Notes: generated by a model from the letters alone, not told the origin. A DNA stretch of 64,000 nucleotides from Macrostomum lignano (GCA_002269645.1 NIVC01000944.1:254588-318587); one strand, 5' to 3'. Shown: positions 47,746 through 62,100, counted from the first letter of the stretch. Made by a program: numbers and translations.

Positions 47746-50079
47746 CTGTTTGCATGTGCTACGACCTGCTGCTGTGCATCTCCTGCAGCTGAATTTTGGT
47801 GACTGGAAGAGGGGGTGGCCGGGGTCAGAAAAATGTGAGCCAGCTACCATGCAGACCATTTCACTGACATTTTTTGTTAACTTCCAAATAATTAGCGATT
47901 GAGTTATTAGTGAATGGTAGGGTTAAAGGGAACAGATCGACTTTGTGCGAAATTTTCAATTTCTGAGAGCTGCTTATATCGCTTTTGAATAGAACATTTT
48001 TCAGCGTTAGAAGAATCTATCATCTGTGTTGGTTGTACCTTCATTAGTTACTATAGTTACGAGAATTACGACCGAAGAGAGTTGATAGTGAGCTGGTCTG
48101 GGAAACAATTTTCGATAACGAATTTTGATAAAAAATTGCTCTAAATTTGTCACATGTTTGGTCCCTTGATTTCTGTGCCAGCAGATGTCGAAATGCGTCG
48201 AAAATAAGGAATTTTACAATGAAATCACAAAAAACGGAAATTCGACAGCACTTTTGTATTCGAAAAATGCCTAAAAGTAACTCTATAACGGTTCTTTCTA
48301 GGGAAAATGTAACCTGAATAAAGCAACTGCTCAATGCAGCAAACAATATAATTTACGTTGAAGTGATTAAAATCACAGGAAATTTATTGAATAATATTTG
48401 GATTTTTGTTTAAATGCGTCAATTTTTTTCTGCCCCCTACTGTCAGTGATGTACTTGTAATTGTATTTCATTGTATGCTCACCTCAAGGACTTCAGTGGT
48501 CTTTGGCTCACCTGCACCCCAGCCACTCCATCCTGGCCCAATCATGTACGTTGCGATTGCTATCGATTGCTCAGCCCCCCCTCGCCCCTCACTTGACTGA
48601 CGCATACTCTATATATAATATGCTTCATGATAATTTTGACCAATACAAGTTTTCTATCGACGCATGTAAATTATTAAATCTAAATACCCAATTCAATTAA
48701 GTACTTATAGAAGTACAATATTTTGTTTTTTTTGTAAATGTCTCGAAAACTTTGCATATAAACCTGCTATAGCGAAAATACTCTCATATATATATATATT
48801 GATTTACAAAAGGACACCTTACATGTACATGCACGGACTTTTTGAAAAATAGGGGAGCAAGAATTTTTCAAAAATTGGATAAATAAGGTACATTTTGATT
48901 TTCTTAATTGAAGTTTAGGATGCCTATATTTCTGCAATGGTGGTAGCACATACTTATAGCCACATGCTTAAGTGTCATTTTGTAGAAAAAATTTTTCTGT
49001 ATAATTAAAAGTAAAAACCTGAAAAAGTTGTCTTTTGTTTAAATTCACCAGTTTCGAAAATAAAGAAACTATTATCAATGTCCTGACCCTATTTTGAACC
49101 TTTAATTTAATTCAATGTTACACATTTCCGAGACTCTTACTTTTATCGTGTCAATTACGTTCCAGTGTATACCAGAAAAGTGTTGTGTCGTGTAACTTGA
49201 CCAACTTAATGATAAAATTATTACGCGGATATTTCTACTATAAGTATGATGTAACGTAAATGCAAACTATATTAATATTATTCTTGTCTTTTACTTATAC
49301 GGCCACTTTAAGTAGAGTAGTTGATAAATTATCTGTATAATGTATTATTAATCACGTGACATCTCTGGCTCTTTAATTTATCGATCGTGCAGTTTTTCTA
49401 GTGCGTGGATAAAATATCTATTAGGTAGTTTTCTTATGACTAAAATATAAATAAAGCACTGTGCGCACCTAGCACTTTACTTTGCAACTACAACTGGAAA
49501 CTTCAAGTCTCGTCTACACAACAAAAAGCATGGAAAAGTTGAAATAAAATGTCTGTTCAATTTTTATTCTAGAAATCTACAAATTGTAGAATTTGTAAAA
49601 TATTACAAATGTAACGGAAACAAAATGTAACGGATTTTGTTACATTTGAAAAACCCTAAAATATATAGTTCTTCTTAAAAATCATAAACTTTGCATAAAC
49701 CTATTGAGAAAGTACTCTCATGCGCACTACATCTATCAATTATCAACTACCATTGTCATTTATTGATGGACAAAACGTCATTACATGTATGTCATTTATC
49801 AACTATCAATCGCCCACCGCTTCTTTTGGCCCCTTATAAAGTCGGATGTACAGCGATGGATGTAGAATGCACTGACTGCCAGACTGCCAAAATCGGTTGT
49901 CACATACATATACATGTATGTCGCCCGCTACATCAATTGCCTTCACTTTACACAGCGCTTCATCACAGTACACATTGACTTTCATGTAAGTCAGTCTGCT
50001 AACGTTACCCTATGCTATAATCGACGCAGATCCACGGCCACTCTACGGGCCACTCTACGTGTACCTACTCATCATGGTA

Positions 50080-50350
50080 GATGTACACATGCTGGGTTGA
50101 GGCTGTGCCAAATTGCTGACCATCACCATGTCAGTATGGCCGTTGTGAACCACTTGGTTTGCGCAGCTTTGGTCCGCCGCTTACGTTGATCACAGATCAA
50201 GGGGCCCAATTTTGTTCAAAGCTGCATGATGGCCAATCTGGTGAACCTTCGAATTCTTGGAGTCCACTACATACGCACATCAGCCGTTTAACTCCAAGGC
50301 TAACGGTATGACTGAGAGAGTCTAGTACACCGCACTTTTAAAACTAGTTT
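50080..50350 (+). mobile_element. Gypsy-type rve integrase remnant
   Basis: Broken frames read ITDQGAQF, GVHYIRTS, KANGMTERV, RTFK. Confidence 0.65.
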
Positions 50351-50466
50351 AAGTTGGTTGGTCATTGTTGGTTAACTCAGCTATACAGCTATCGCGTCTT
50401 GTTTAGCCTGCAGATCAATCCGGACGATAATGGCTCCTCGCCGTACTAATCTGTGACTGGCGATCT

Positions 50467-50930
50467 CGCTTATCCAGCCGCTACATGTTTATATGATGAC
50501 AGAGGTTACTTATCCAGCCGCCACATGTATATATGATGGCAGAGGTTACTTATCCAGCCGCTACATGTATATATGATGGCAGAGGTTACTTATCCAGCCG
50601 CTACATGTATATATGATGGCAGAGGTTACTTATCCAGCCGCCACATGTATATATGATGGCAGAGGTTACTTATCCAGCCGCTACATGTATATATGATGGC
50701 AGAGGTTACTTATCCAGCCGCTACATGTATATATGATGGCAGAGGTTACTTATCCAGCCGCTACATGTATATATGATGGCAGAGGTTACTTATCCAGCCG
50801 CTACATGTATATATGATGGCAGAGGTTACTTATCCAGCCGCTACATGTATATATGATGGCAGAGGTTACTTATCCAGCCGCTACATGTATATATGATGGC
50901 AGAGGTTACTTATCCAGCCGCTACATGTAC
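50467..50930. repeat. 40-bp minisatellite, ~11 copies
   Basis: Unit CTTATCCAGCCGCTACATGTATATATGATGGCAGAGGTTA. Confidence 0.95.
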
Positions 50931-51111
50931 AAGACAAAAGCGAAAGCTTTCTGGCATGTCAGTTGCAGTTTTGCGTATCTTCAGCAAATTTTTTATTGGA
51001 AGAATTATGAAATCGGGAAAATCAGGAACTGCACCGCTAATCTATTTACACGCGAATTCCGCACGCGCATCGGAGCCACGCGAGAAGCGGGCAGTCCGCA
51101 CCGAGCGCCCG

Positions 51112-53864
51112 TCAGTCGTGCAGCGCCGCGATCACCAGGTCCATGACGTTCGTGCCCGTCAGCCCCGGCTGGAACAGCGCCGGCGGCTCGCCGCCCGCCT
51201 CAGCCAGCAGCGAGTGCGAATCGAAGCCGGCCAGGGCGGCCCGGCAGCGGCCCTCACCCAGCCGGGCGGCCGCTCTCGGCCACGTGTCCGAGTCCACCAG
51301 ACCGCCAGCCGCCTCGGTCGGACCATCGATGCCGTCGGTGCCCGCTGTCAGCACGGTGGGTCGCCAGGGGCGTCCTTGGACGGTCTCTGCCGGCCAGCGG
51401 CCGAGCCGCTCAGCCAGCAGCAGCGCCAGGTGGCCGGCGCGGCCGCCGACGCCGATGACGCCGTTCAGAGCGCCGGTTGTGTCGACGGTCGGCTCACCTC
51501 CGGCCAGCAGGGCGATGCCGCCGGAGCCGCCGGCAGCGCGCCAGATAGCGACAGCCTCGGCCAGCTTCGCCGCGTCGCCTTCGCCTAGGCTTGGGAAGTC
51601 GGCGGTGTCGGCGGTGTCAGCGGCGTCGGCGCGGAGCATCAGGCGGAGCAGCGAGGCCAGCCAGGCGTGGACCCGCTCCGCCACGGCGGACACGTCACCA
51701 GCCAGCTCGGTTGTCATGACAACGGCTGCCAGGAAGCGGGTCCCGGGGGCACCGGCGTCGAGCAACCGAAGTCGAGCGGCCTCCAGCGCCGTCCGGTTGT
51801 TGCCGACGATGAAATTCGCCACCGCGGGCGCTGCCACAGGCGCCGGAGCCGCAGCCTCATCAGCCTGCAGCAGCTTCAGTGCAGTTGGCGGCAGCCGGGC
51901 GTCGACGCCCCGCAGCCGCGCGGTCTCCAAGGCGGCCTGCAGAGCCGCGCCGGCCGCAGCCGGAGCCACCGGCACCGTGGGCCCGCTGGCGATCACCTCA
52001 AGCGGGTCGCCGACAACGTCGGAGAGGACGAGGCCAGCCAGCTGGCAGCCGCGCGCGCGGCACCGGAGCGCCAGACCGCCGGCCTTCACGGCATCCAGAC
52101 GGGCGCGGACGGCGTTGAGCTCCGCGATGGAGAAGCCGGCGGTGGACAGCGCCCGGGTGGCGGCCCGGTAGTCCGGCAGCGGCAGGCGGGGCCAGGCCAG
52201 CAGAGCGCTGCCGCCGCCGGTCACCATGGCAACCAGGAGGTCGCCGGGGCCGAGGCTGTCAATCAAGTCGGACACGGCCCGGCTGCCCATCAGCACCGTC
52301 TCGTCTGGCAGGTTGTCGCGGGGACCCTCGAACACCTGCGGGTTGGCGCGGCCAGGTGCTCAGAATTTACCCGGGTTTTATCAGCTGACCAAGGCTAACT
52401 AACTAACTAAATAAGTAATAAGGCGCCTCAGCCATTGAACAGGCTCTTCCGCCACTAGAGATAAATATAGATTCCAGGTTGGGAGTGTACTAATGTACAC
52501 TAAGATCCTAATTAGAGCTGAGAGGACTGTACATCGAGCCGGGCAAGCGGCGCCAGTCAGGCCGAGAGCGGGCCCTCGACCCCGACCCTCAGATCGTACG
52601 CCTATCCCAAACCCATTGGCTTATCTAAACCTCCCCGGGGACAGCGAGGGTTCGACGTACCAGTCAGGAAGCCCGTGCCCAAAAAATCCTGGTTAGTAGA
52701 CCCCATAGCCTATTAGCGTTGGTCCGAAGACCGAAGGCCGTGGCTACCCGCTGGGGCCGACCGCCCACCACCCCCGGGTACTCTTGCCAAGACAGTCTCT
52801 TATCTTTGAAGCGGCAGGAGGGCTAATCGCCGGGACTATTTCACCCTTTGCTTCGCCAACCCACCATTTCTATAGTGACCGTGCAACGGTCCCGTCCTGT
52901 TCAGACTCAGTCCTGGTTTTGGCACACTACAGCTTTAATAGAGTCGCTGGCTGTTCGCTCAGAGGGCACTCCGAGGGGGACCGTCAGAGCACCAACTGGA
53001 ACAGGTATAGGCCTGCCTACCTATACAGCTACCCACAGCCCTTCCTGATCCACTATTACCCTCCAACCCAGCCTACTAACTCATGACAAGCTTTCGGCCT
53101 GGCAGAGACAAGTTTCACAGGGGTACTGCGGTTAGGCGTCTCTATGCGAGACAAAACCATCAGCTGACCAAGGCTCGATTCCACCCATTAGCTAAACAGC
53201 AATTACACTCTGCAACAATTCTGTCCGCCCTACAAGCTTTCCGCGCCACATTCTCTACTTTCTACTTATCAGTAGACGAACCGGCTCTGACAGCTAATTG
53301 GATATCTGAATCTCGTGACACCTCAGTCACCCTGGCGCAACGCCCTCTCCCAATCATCGCACATGTACACTCTGGGCCTTGGGGGCTGGCCTCATGGAAG
53401 TGGATCGCATGACAACCCGGCCAACCAAGCGTCAGACGCACCCGAATGCGGCTTGCCAGGCCGCTATCGTCCGGCAGACGAAAGCCCAGCCCGGCGCTCC
53501 GTTCAGCGCGCGTCGGCGCCGGCGCCAGCACGACGCCACCCAGAAAGCGCCGGCCGAGGCGCGCCAGCGGCAGTCCGCACGCCATCCCGCCGGCAGCCTT
53601 GCCGAAGGCCACAAAGCCGACGCCGCCTGCGACGTCAAAGTCGCGACATTCGCCGGCGCTGCTGCGGATCCGCAGGCGCAAAACTTCTCCATCCTGGACG
53701 TCGCTGAGCAGCTCGATGGAGCGGCGCACCAGCGACTCCGGGTCTACGGCGGCCACACCGGCTGCGAAGGCGTCGCAGAGGCGGCTGCCCACTGTGGAGG
53801 CTGCGGCGGCGGACATCCGGCTGAGGCCGCTAATTCGAAGCACGGCTGCTGCGGCTGTGAGCAT
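51112..53864 (-). CDS. GLYCTK: Glycerate kinase (class II, MOFRL/TtuD family); exons 53864-53442 and 52335-51112
   Basis: AFGKAAGGM, VFEGPRDNLPD, VTGGGSALL, IAELNAVRARLDAVKAGGL, LSDVVGDPLEVIASGPT, AGGEPTV, GTDGIDGPT, GLTGTNVMD; phase-0 GT-AG intron. Confidence 0.92.
52397..53158 (-). mobile_element. Retroposed non-coding insert (762 bp) with a (TTAG)n tail in the GLYCTK intron
   Basis: 17-bp TSD ATCAGCTGACCAAGGCT at 52380-52396 and 53159-53175; minus strand ends ...TTAGTTAGTTAGTT. Confidence 0.8.
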
Positions 53865-54279
53865 CAGGAGAATTGGGTCGGACAGCTGTCACGTGACTGG
53901 GCTTTATCTAGCTCGTAATAGCATCCTATGACATCTGAGCTACCGGAATGCTCAATCAGCTGTCTTATCAACAGACGAAATGAAAAGCCACAGATACTGC
54001 TAACGAGGTGAAGAATCGATGAGTAGTATGCTGTTGACATTACTACATGTAGAATTTTAAAATCTTTTTAATTTTAATCTGAAAAACTGCTCGAACGCAT
54101 GCTTATACAACTTTATTTTTACTGTTTTTTGGCATTTGATTTTTAATGCAGAGCAGTCTGAGCAGTTTTTTATCAATGTACCGAGCAATTTTAAGCACTA
54201 GGCTGCTAATTTCCTCACATTCAGAACTATTGAAAAATTTTAAAGCTTTGATTTAGATGAAGTTATATTGGAAAATGTC

Positions 54280-55023
54280 TCAGGTGAAGTGTCCCAGTCT
54301 GAGGACAATGGCGGGTGAGTGTCCCAGTCTGAGGACCAATGGCGGGTGAAGTGTCCCAGTCTGAGGACAATGGCGGGTGAAGTGTCCCAGTCTGAGGACC
54401 AATGGTGGGTGAAGTGTCCCAGTCTGAGGACAATGGCGGGTGAAGTGTCCCAGTCTCAGGACCAATGGCGGGTGAAGTGTCCCAGTCTCAGGACCAATGG
54501 TGGGTGAAGTGTCCCAGTCTGAGGACAATGGCGGGTGAAGTGTCCCAGTTTCAGGACCAATGGCGGGTGAAGTGTCCCAGTCTCAGGACCAATGGCGGGT
54601 GAAGTGTCCCAGTCTGAGGACAATGGCGGGTGAAGTGTCCCAGTCTCAGGACCAATGGCGGGTGAAGTGTCCCAGTCTCAGGACCAATGGCGGGTGAAGT
54701 GTCCCAGTCTGAGGACAATGGTGGGTGAAGTGTCCCAGTCTGAGGACAATGGCGGGTGAAGTGTCCCAGTCTCAGGACCAATGGCGGGTGAAGTGTCCCA
54801 GTCTCAGGACCAATGGCGGGTGAAGTGTCCCAGTCTGAGGACAATGGCGGGTGAAGTGTCCCAGTCTCAGGACCAATGGCGGGTGAAGTGTCCCAGTCTC
54901 AGGACCAATGGCGGGTGAAGTGTCCCAGTCTCAGGACCAATGGCGGGTGAAGTGTCCCAGTCTGAGGACAATGGCGGGTGAAGTGTCCCAGTCTCAGGAC
55001 CAATGGCGGGTGAAGTGTCCCAG
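54280..55023. repeat. 31/32-bp minisatellite (GGACCAATGGCGGGTGAAGTGTCCCAGTCTCA)
   Basis: Alternating 31- and 32-bp variants. Confidence 0.93.
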
Positions 55024-55624
55024 CATTGACTACTCAGTAATTCCACAGACAAAGGTCCTAAGCAACAAAACTAAAGGCAGAGGAAAGCAGAACAGGTGTT
55101 TCTGTTGCACAGGACATCTCGTGTTGCTGATCAAAGCTAAACAGCACAAATTGATTTATTGTCAATTAGAAAAATCAGCTTTGTGGTTGTCATCGGCTTG
55201 CCAAGAATAAAAATTGATTGATTATTCGGAAAGATCAGGTTTAATAGATAAACGGCTAAAATTTTAGACAGGCACAAATATGACAAGTCTTTATAACCAT
55301 GGATTTATTAAAATTTACATGCTAAAAAATTAACGAAGCAGGAATACATGAGAAGCGATTTCATCCAAAGCCTTCCCAGGTGGCAGCACAATTAACAGAA
55401 TTCTGTTGCAGACAGACAAAAACATGGTATAACAGCTTTGAAATTGCTGGGGTGGCATCCAGGGCGATAAGCTGAGTATAAACTGAAATCTCAGGCGAAT
55501 CAAAGCATGTAAGTTATTGGCATAAATATGAATAAAATTTCTAGCCTAAAACAGCTCGCACACACCAAGCAAGTTTCAGTGGAGACAGGCAGGACATCCG
55601 GCAGCTACAAAACACAGGCCGAAG

Positions 55625-56065
55625 TCACCGGTAGAACTCCAGCTTCTGCTGCAGCCATTCCTCGTCCAGTTCGTCCGTGCTGCGAATTTCGAACACCTTG
55701 GTGAGGCCGACCACATCAATGACGGTCTTGATGGTGCCGGTGTACAGCACCTGCAGCTCCGGGTTGCTGTCACGCGGGGTGCTGAAGATGAACATCAGCG
55801 GGTAGGTGACCCGGCCGTCAGGGTACGAGTGCACGTAGCTCAGCAGCAGGTAGCGCGGCTGGTGCTCGGACAGCTCCTCCACAATGTCCTCAATGCTGCA
55901 GTCCTGAACCTCGGTCTCCACGCAGACCTCCATCTTCTCGCGGTCGATTTTCAGCACAATGGCGGCCACATTTTTCTCCTTGCGCAGTCGGAATTTCTTC
56001 AGCTTCTGCTGCAGCTCGTCGGGCAGGCTGCACATGTAGCCCGAGGATGCGCCGGATTTGCCTGC
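55625..56065 (-). CDS. GMF: Glia maturation factor (ADF-H family); main exon preceded by a TTGCAG acceptor, ATG exon upstream
   Basis: KLKKFRLRKEKNVAAIVLKID, QPRYLLLSY, DGRVTYPLMFIFSTP, LTKVFEIRS..L.EEWL. Candidate ATG-only exon at 58818-58816 (ATG|GTTAAC) is low confidence. Confidence 0.92.
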   Translation of the reverse strand, partial: AGKSGASSGYMCSLPDELQQKLKKFRLRKEKNVAAIVLKIDREKMEVCVETEVQDCSIEDIVEELSEHQPRYLLLSYVHSYPDGRVTYPLMFIFSTPRDSNPELQVLYTGTIKTVIDVVGLTKVFEIRSTDELDEEWLQQKLEFYR

Positions 56066-59000
56066 CTGCAAGGTCCGGGGTTCGAGTCCTAGAACATTAA
56101 ATTGTAATCAAACTGGCAATCGTTTTCTCAATTTCTCTGTAAATGTATAATTTTCCCTTTTCCAATGTATATTTACTGTTTATTATATTTTCATTTGTAA
56201 AGAATAGTTTTTATTTAAATTGACATTTTGCATGCACATTGGCAAGTCATGGTTGTCTATGTGACTTAATTAATGTTTTGGCAAATTCAAAAAGGTAGAA
56301 GTATACTATATGTAGCATATATTGCAACTATAGGAGTTTTTGGCTTTCAAGATATTGTGATTTAAAAAAAAACAAATTCAGAAGCTGCAATTAAAACAAA
56401 GAATAGATTATCTAAGTTGCCAACAAGTAATTGAAGTTATTCATTGCAAATTTAGAAATCATCATATAAAATAGGCAAAAACTAAAGCATATATTAGTAA
56501 TATCTTTGTGACACCATATCAATAATGCCCTAAGTAGCTTATATAGCAATTGGCTTGCCAACTTAGCATTTAGCAACCTATGCCAATGAGACATGCCAGG
56601 TTTTCTATATCAGGTCACAGCTGAAATTAAAACCTACACCATATAGTAGAGATGGAATAAAAATTTGGTATTCATATTTGGTATTTGGAAAGTAGGTTAT
56701 TTTTTGCTATTTAATTCATCATTGGATTCATTTAAATTTTTAACAAATATAAGAATAAAACAAAAGCAACTCCAATATTTTAAATATTTAAGTTTGTATA
56801 AGAAAAATATTAATATATTAGTATTAGATTTGGTAGATAGCATCTACAAATGGGCTAGTGAATTAGTTTAATAGTGAGATAGTGCACTTTTCTATAATAC
56901 TGTATATTCTTCTAGTATATTTTTGCTATGATAACAACCTATCATTTCTTAGAAAATATAATATTCAAATGTCTGCTAAAATATCTTTGTGTTAATGTTG
57001 TGATACAAAATAATTTTCTGCAAATAAATTTGTTTTAAATAGACCAGTCAACTAGTATAAATAGAAGCCCCAAGTGGGCCAAGGAAGGCAACTTGCAGAG
57101 ACCTGCAAACCTGCAAACTTGCAAGAACTTAGCTGATGGCTAAGTTTTCACTAAATCTATACGTATTTTTTATTTGGCTTCTTCAATTATTAAGAATTAA
57201 AAGCCCCAATTTGGGAGAGTTAAGATATGCTAAAAAGTAAGAATTGCCTTAGAGCAGTAGATCACCATTGGGCAATAGATTGCCTCAGAGCAGTAAAATG
57301 CCTTAGAGCAATAAATTGCCTCAGGGCAGTATAAGGCTAAGAAGCTGTGACCCTCTGATCCCAGGAATATCTAGGACTAAGAGAAGAACCCTTTAAAAGA
57401 GTAAAATAGGAGTATAAGGATAGGGTAGACAGATTTGGCAAATTTTGGCATATTTTTGTTGGTAATAAAAGCCTGTTGGCATAAATTAGTCATATAATCG
57501 CTCTTAGCCAATAGTGACTTGCATAGGCCTATGTATATTGCCAATAGAAATGGCCAAGTGATTCCCAAGGTTGCGCATGTATGCCTTGGCAGATATATCT
57601 AGATTGGCCTATAGGATTTTTTTATTATAGCTAATTTGGTCAGAATTCTATTTAAAAGACTAGCCCCCCTAAAATGCCCATGGCAAATAAAATAAAAATA
57701 TACTATAATTCTAGTTCTAGTTTATAGTCTGGGCCTATGACTGTACTTATATCCAAAAAGTTCATAGTTTCCTAGTAAATAATAAAATATTATAAAATAA
57801 TATAAAATAATAAAAATGAAGGATTACAGGCCTATGCAGCTATGCTATAATCTAACCTGCCAATTTCATAATCTGGTAAAATACAAGAAAGAAAACTAGA
57901 TAAATTGCAGTTAAAAACCTATATAAATGTATTTATACTCATGTATATATTCATGTACACCTATATATATATATATATATATATATAAGTATTTCAATTA
58001 TTTTTTTAATGAACTAGGCCCTATATAAGCCTGCACTGCCTCACATGCTTAAATCAATGCACAAGTTGGGGCAGAAGTCTTATTCAGCAAAGTAACTTGG
58101 GTTTGCATCAATTACTACAACCAAAATTCCACAAACTGCCGTGGAAATAAGCAGGTATCATATCATTGACATGACAGACACCAATTACACAGGACAGTGC
58201 CATGGTGACATTTTTGTTATTGGCGTGGGACTGTGGAAAAAAACATTGATACACATTTATTCATCATTATTTTAATAACCTACGCCTACATTGGTAATGG
58301 TATCCATCCATATACTAAGAATTATTGATCTTTTACAAGAAGTTTATAGACAGTTTGCATTACAAACAGACAGTGATGTCACCGATTCGAATGAGGCTGA
58401 CGCTGTCACCGACTGACAAAATTAGACACGGAAGCATCTGAACTTGTCACCGATCTGACCAGTAGGCCTAACCGAATAAAGCATACAATAATGAATAATG
58501 AATAATGAATAATGAATAATGAATAATGAAAAAAAAGTTCCACATTTTCACACCAACCGCGCCAGCCAGATTTCAGTAAAGCTCGGAAGTGTTCTTTGAA
58601 AATAAAGAAATTAAATTCTATGTTGTTTTAAACAAATATTTTTGTTTTTTATTTTTTCGCACAATTTTTTCAAAGCTTTGAAATTAGCATAGTAAAAACG
58701 TTTTATTAAAAGTCGTAGTTCTTCACTAAAAGCTTTAAAATATTTGCATTTATTGGACCACCCGATCGTAAATGATCGTCGCCCTTAAAATGTCACTCAA
58801 GTTGCGCACGTTAACCATCTATTTTGTCGCTGGCCCCATAGCTGTCAACCGACTATACCCACGTTCTCTTGCTAGCTGTTAGTAGCCGTTATTCGGTTAT
58901 TACCTTCCAAATTATTTGTAGTTTATTTAGGCCTGTCAGTATCAATCCTCAACTTGGTTTCTAAGTTTCTTTTAAAAGGCTGCTGGGTAAATTTTTCCTC

Positions 59001-59177
59001 CAGTTTAGTTTTCAATCTGGATAGAAATATTCTTCGCTAGCTAAAATATATTTCGAATCATCTAGTTAGATTATATTTAATATTTTTTTGGTTGGAAAGT
59101 TCGATTTATACTTAAAAGATATTCTATATTTAGGCCCTATAGTAATTAAATATCTCAAAAAACAGACCAGCCCAGGC

Positions 59178-62100
59178 ATGAGCATTGTCACTGTTCTAGA
59201 AAACTCACTTTCTCAAGGTAAGAATAAGTTTGTTGATTTTTACTTTCTTATAACTATACTAGAGCTACACTTACTAGTTGACCTAGAATAAGACTAAGTA
59301 ATTATTTGTTGAACAGTATATCTTAGCTAGGCTAAGCCTACTAGTACTAGTACTAGGTCCTATTATTCAATGAAAAAATAAGACTGGTTAGGCCTATAGC
59401 TTTTTTGTTTATAGGTATATGGCAGATTGGCAGGTGGATTACAGTTGTTTCAGTGACAAGACATTTTGGCGACAGTAATTTTAGTGACAAGCAAAAGCCA
59501 ATTTGGTGACAAGAAAAATATCCTTGGTGATGTCCATTTTGTTTTTAAATAGTAAATTACCTTGCAAATCTTAAGAGATATTAAACCTTAACTTTTTTAA
59601 TTATATTCTGTAATGGTAGAGTATTGCTTTGTTTAATTTGTTTATTTACAATTCCAGATTTGCAATCTATTGAATTTATGTTTCCAATCTAATTCCTATT
59701 GTGTCTAGTGAATCCACATTCTAGATCATGTAGTATATGCCCAAAAATTTGGGCATGCATGGGCCTTGCATGCCAAAAGTAGACATGCACAGTTGGTGTA
59801 CATCATTCCTAAAAAATATACCTGGCATGCACTTTATTGAATCATGCAGAAGAGTTATTGTGAAATAGACAAAAAGGTAAAAAAGTTCATTTTTAAGCAT
59901 TAATTTCCTTCTTTATGGGTTTCTAGGCTCGTAAAAAGGCATTTAAACAAACCTTTGTGTGTATCAATTTTCTACTATAAATAGTATTGCCTAAAAAGTA
60001 GAAAAATTATTTGTCAAAAAGGGTCTATTATGCAATGAAAAGAAAAAAGGTCATTTTTTGTCACAATATAATTCATAAAAAGGGTCATTTATTGTTGCAA
60101 CATTGGCGGAGTTTTAAGAATAGGCATGCACTCATTCTTTTTTTCATCATGCATTTGTAACTATTGATTTTTGTTTGGGCATGCACCTGTTTTCTCTGTT
60201 TCAATATATCTGTTTTTCCCATAGTCAGAATTTCATGAGGATTCTCTAGGTTTATGGTCTATATGTCTAAATATTCTGGGGCAATTCAAAACAATCTGCA
60301 TAGAAAAAAAACCATATAATTAGTTTGATTTTTTCCTATACTAATCTTTCAATAGAAATTTTCAAATACATAAATCTCAACCAAATAATTACAAGCTGAT
60401 ATTATGAAGCACCTCCTGTCACTAAATGACTATACTTATAAATTATTTCAGTTTGTATCAAAATGAAGTATGTCTGTAACAAAGCTTGTTACCAAAACAA
60501 CTATTTATCAGTAAACATCTCACCAAAACAACTGGTACCCATGGCACTTTTGAATGCCATTTGGCATATTTTCTAGAGTTTGTATATTTCTACATTTTAT
60601 TCATTGACATTGTTTTTTATTTCTGTATTTTTAGGCTTATAAGCTTTAAAGTCTAAAATGGCAAAGGGAAGGTAGTAATATGTTTGTGCCAGATAATTTT
60701 ATAATACATTTATAACTTAATTAAAATTGCACTTACTATTTATAGATTTGACATTAGGCCTATAAGCTCAGTTTTTGGATCCAACTAAGAACCAAGATAA
60801 GAAAGCAGCTTTTTAAATTTACAACAATAATGGCCAAGGCACTAAGATAATAAGAGGGTCAAATGTAGCATCTATATATTAAAAATGGTTTGTTGGTAGT
60901 AAATAGGTATTTATATAATCAATTTAAAAAAATGGCTTAACCAATATTTTAAATAATAACAACAACAACCAAAATTATATAGCCTTGCAAGCAAAGTCAC
61001 AAAGCAGGGTATATTGGATAGCATGTCATCAAGAGCCTAATAATAGATAAACTCTACCTTATTGGCAGTGTTAGGCACCTTAATATTGCATAAAAGGCAG
61101 TTTACATATAGATAGGTTTGGCCTTGACCCACCTAAAATTCTTCAAACTTGCCACCATTCAATTAAAAATTTTCCTATGATAGTACATGTGTCTTGGCCA
61201 GGCGCCACAGAACAGGGGGGGCAGGGGGGGGCAGCTGCCCCCTGACATTGAGTTGCAGGGGGGCATTGCCCCCTCAAATACCATTCAATAGCATAATTTT
61301 GCTCAAATTTTTGGTCATTGTCCAAGACAGGGTCTGGGCTTGGAAACTTGGTCTTCCAAGACCAAGACCAAGTTTTGGAAACTTGGTCTTGCCCCCCTGG
61401 CAAAAACTTGTTCCGCAGCGCCTGGTCTTGGCTAAGAAATTGCTCAATGTTAAAGGAATAAATATTAAAAAAACATGCTTTTTTGCAAAGGCCAAGCAAA
61501 CTTGTTGACTTGAAATACATTGCAAGATGCTAGAGAAAAAAACTGATTAGCTGAATTCTAATGCTACTAAAAATTGTATCATAATTGTGTTGTAACTTCA
61601 ACTTGAATTACCTCATTGTGTTGAACAGGTTTCTAGTTCTTTTGTCTGCTGACAGCTCATTTGCTAAGTGGACAAAAAACCTTTTTCTTTTAAACTATTT
61701 GTCTACTGGGAAATAAAGGATAGGATGAGAATAGGGTGGGAGCCACTTAAACAATGTCTTTGTTAATAGTATTATGTCTAAAACTAGTATAGATTGTCAT
61801 GTTCAAAGATACCAACCCCTGCAACAAATTGGACCACATTTAGCATGGTTAACTATATAGCAGCAAATGAATTAAAAAATATTTTAAAAAATCAAAAATT
61901 TAAATTTGTTTTGCAACAAACCTCTTTTCTAAAGTTTATGTATTAGTCAATCAAAGTTGGTATAATGTGCGATTTTGAAATATCAATTTGGTATATCAAC
62001 ATGGTATATCAAGATTAATAAGCATTAATTTGAATGCAGAATTTTTGTATAATTGGATATGTTTAATTGATTTCATCATTTTGACTATACTTTATGAAGC

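Noticed and set aside
47810-49660. Possible TIR elements in the AT-rich region after the LRAT gene
   Set aside because: Only short partial inverted matches, with no TSD or transposase remnant.
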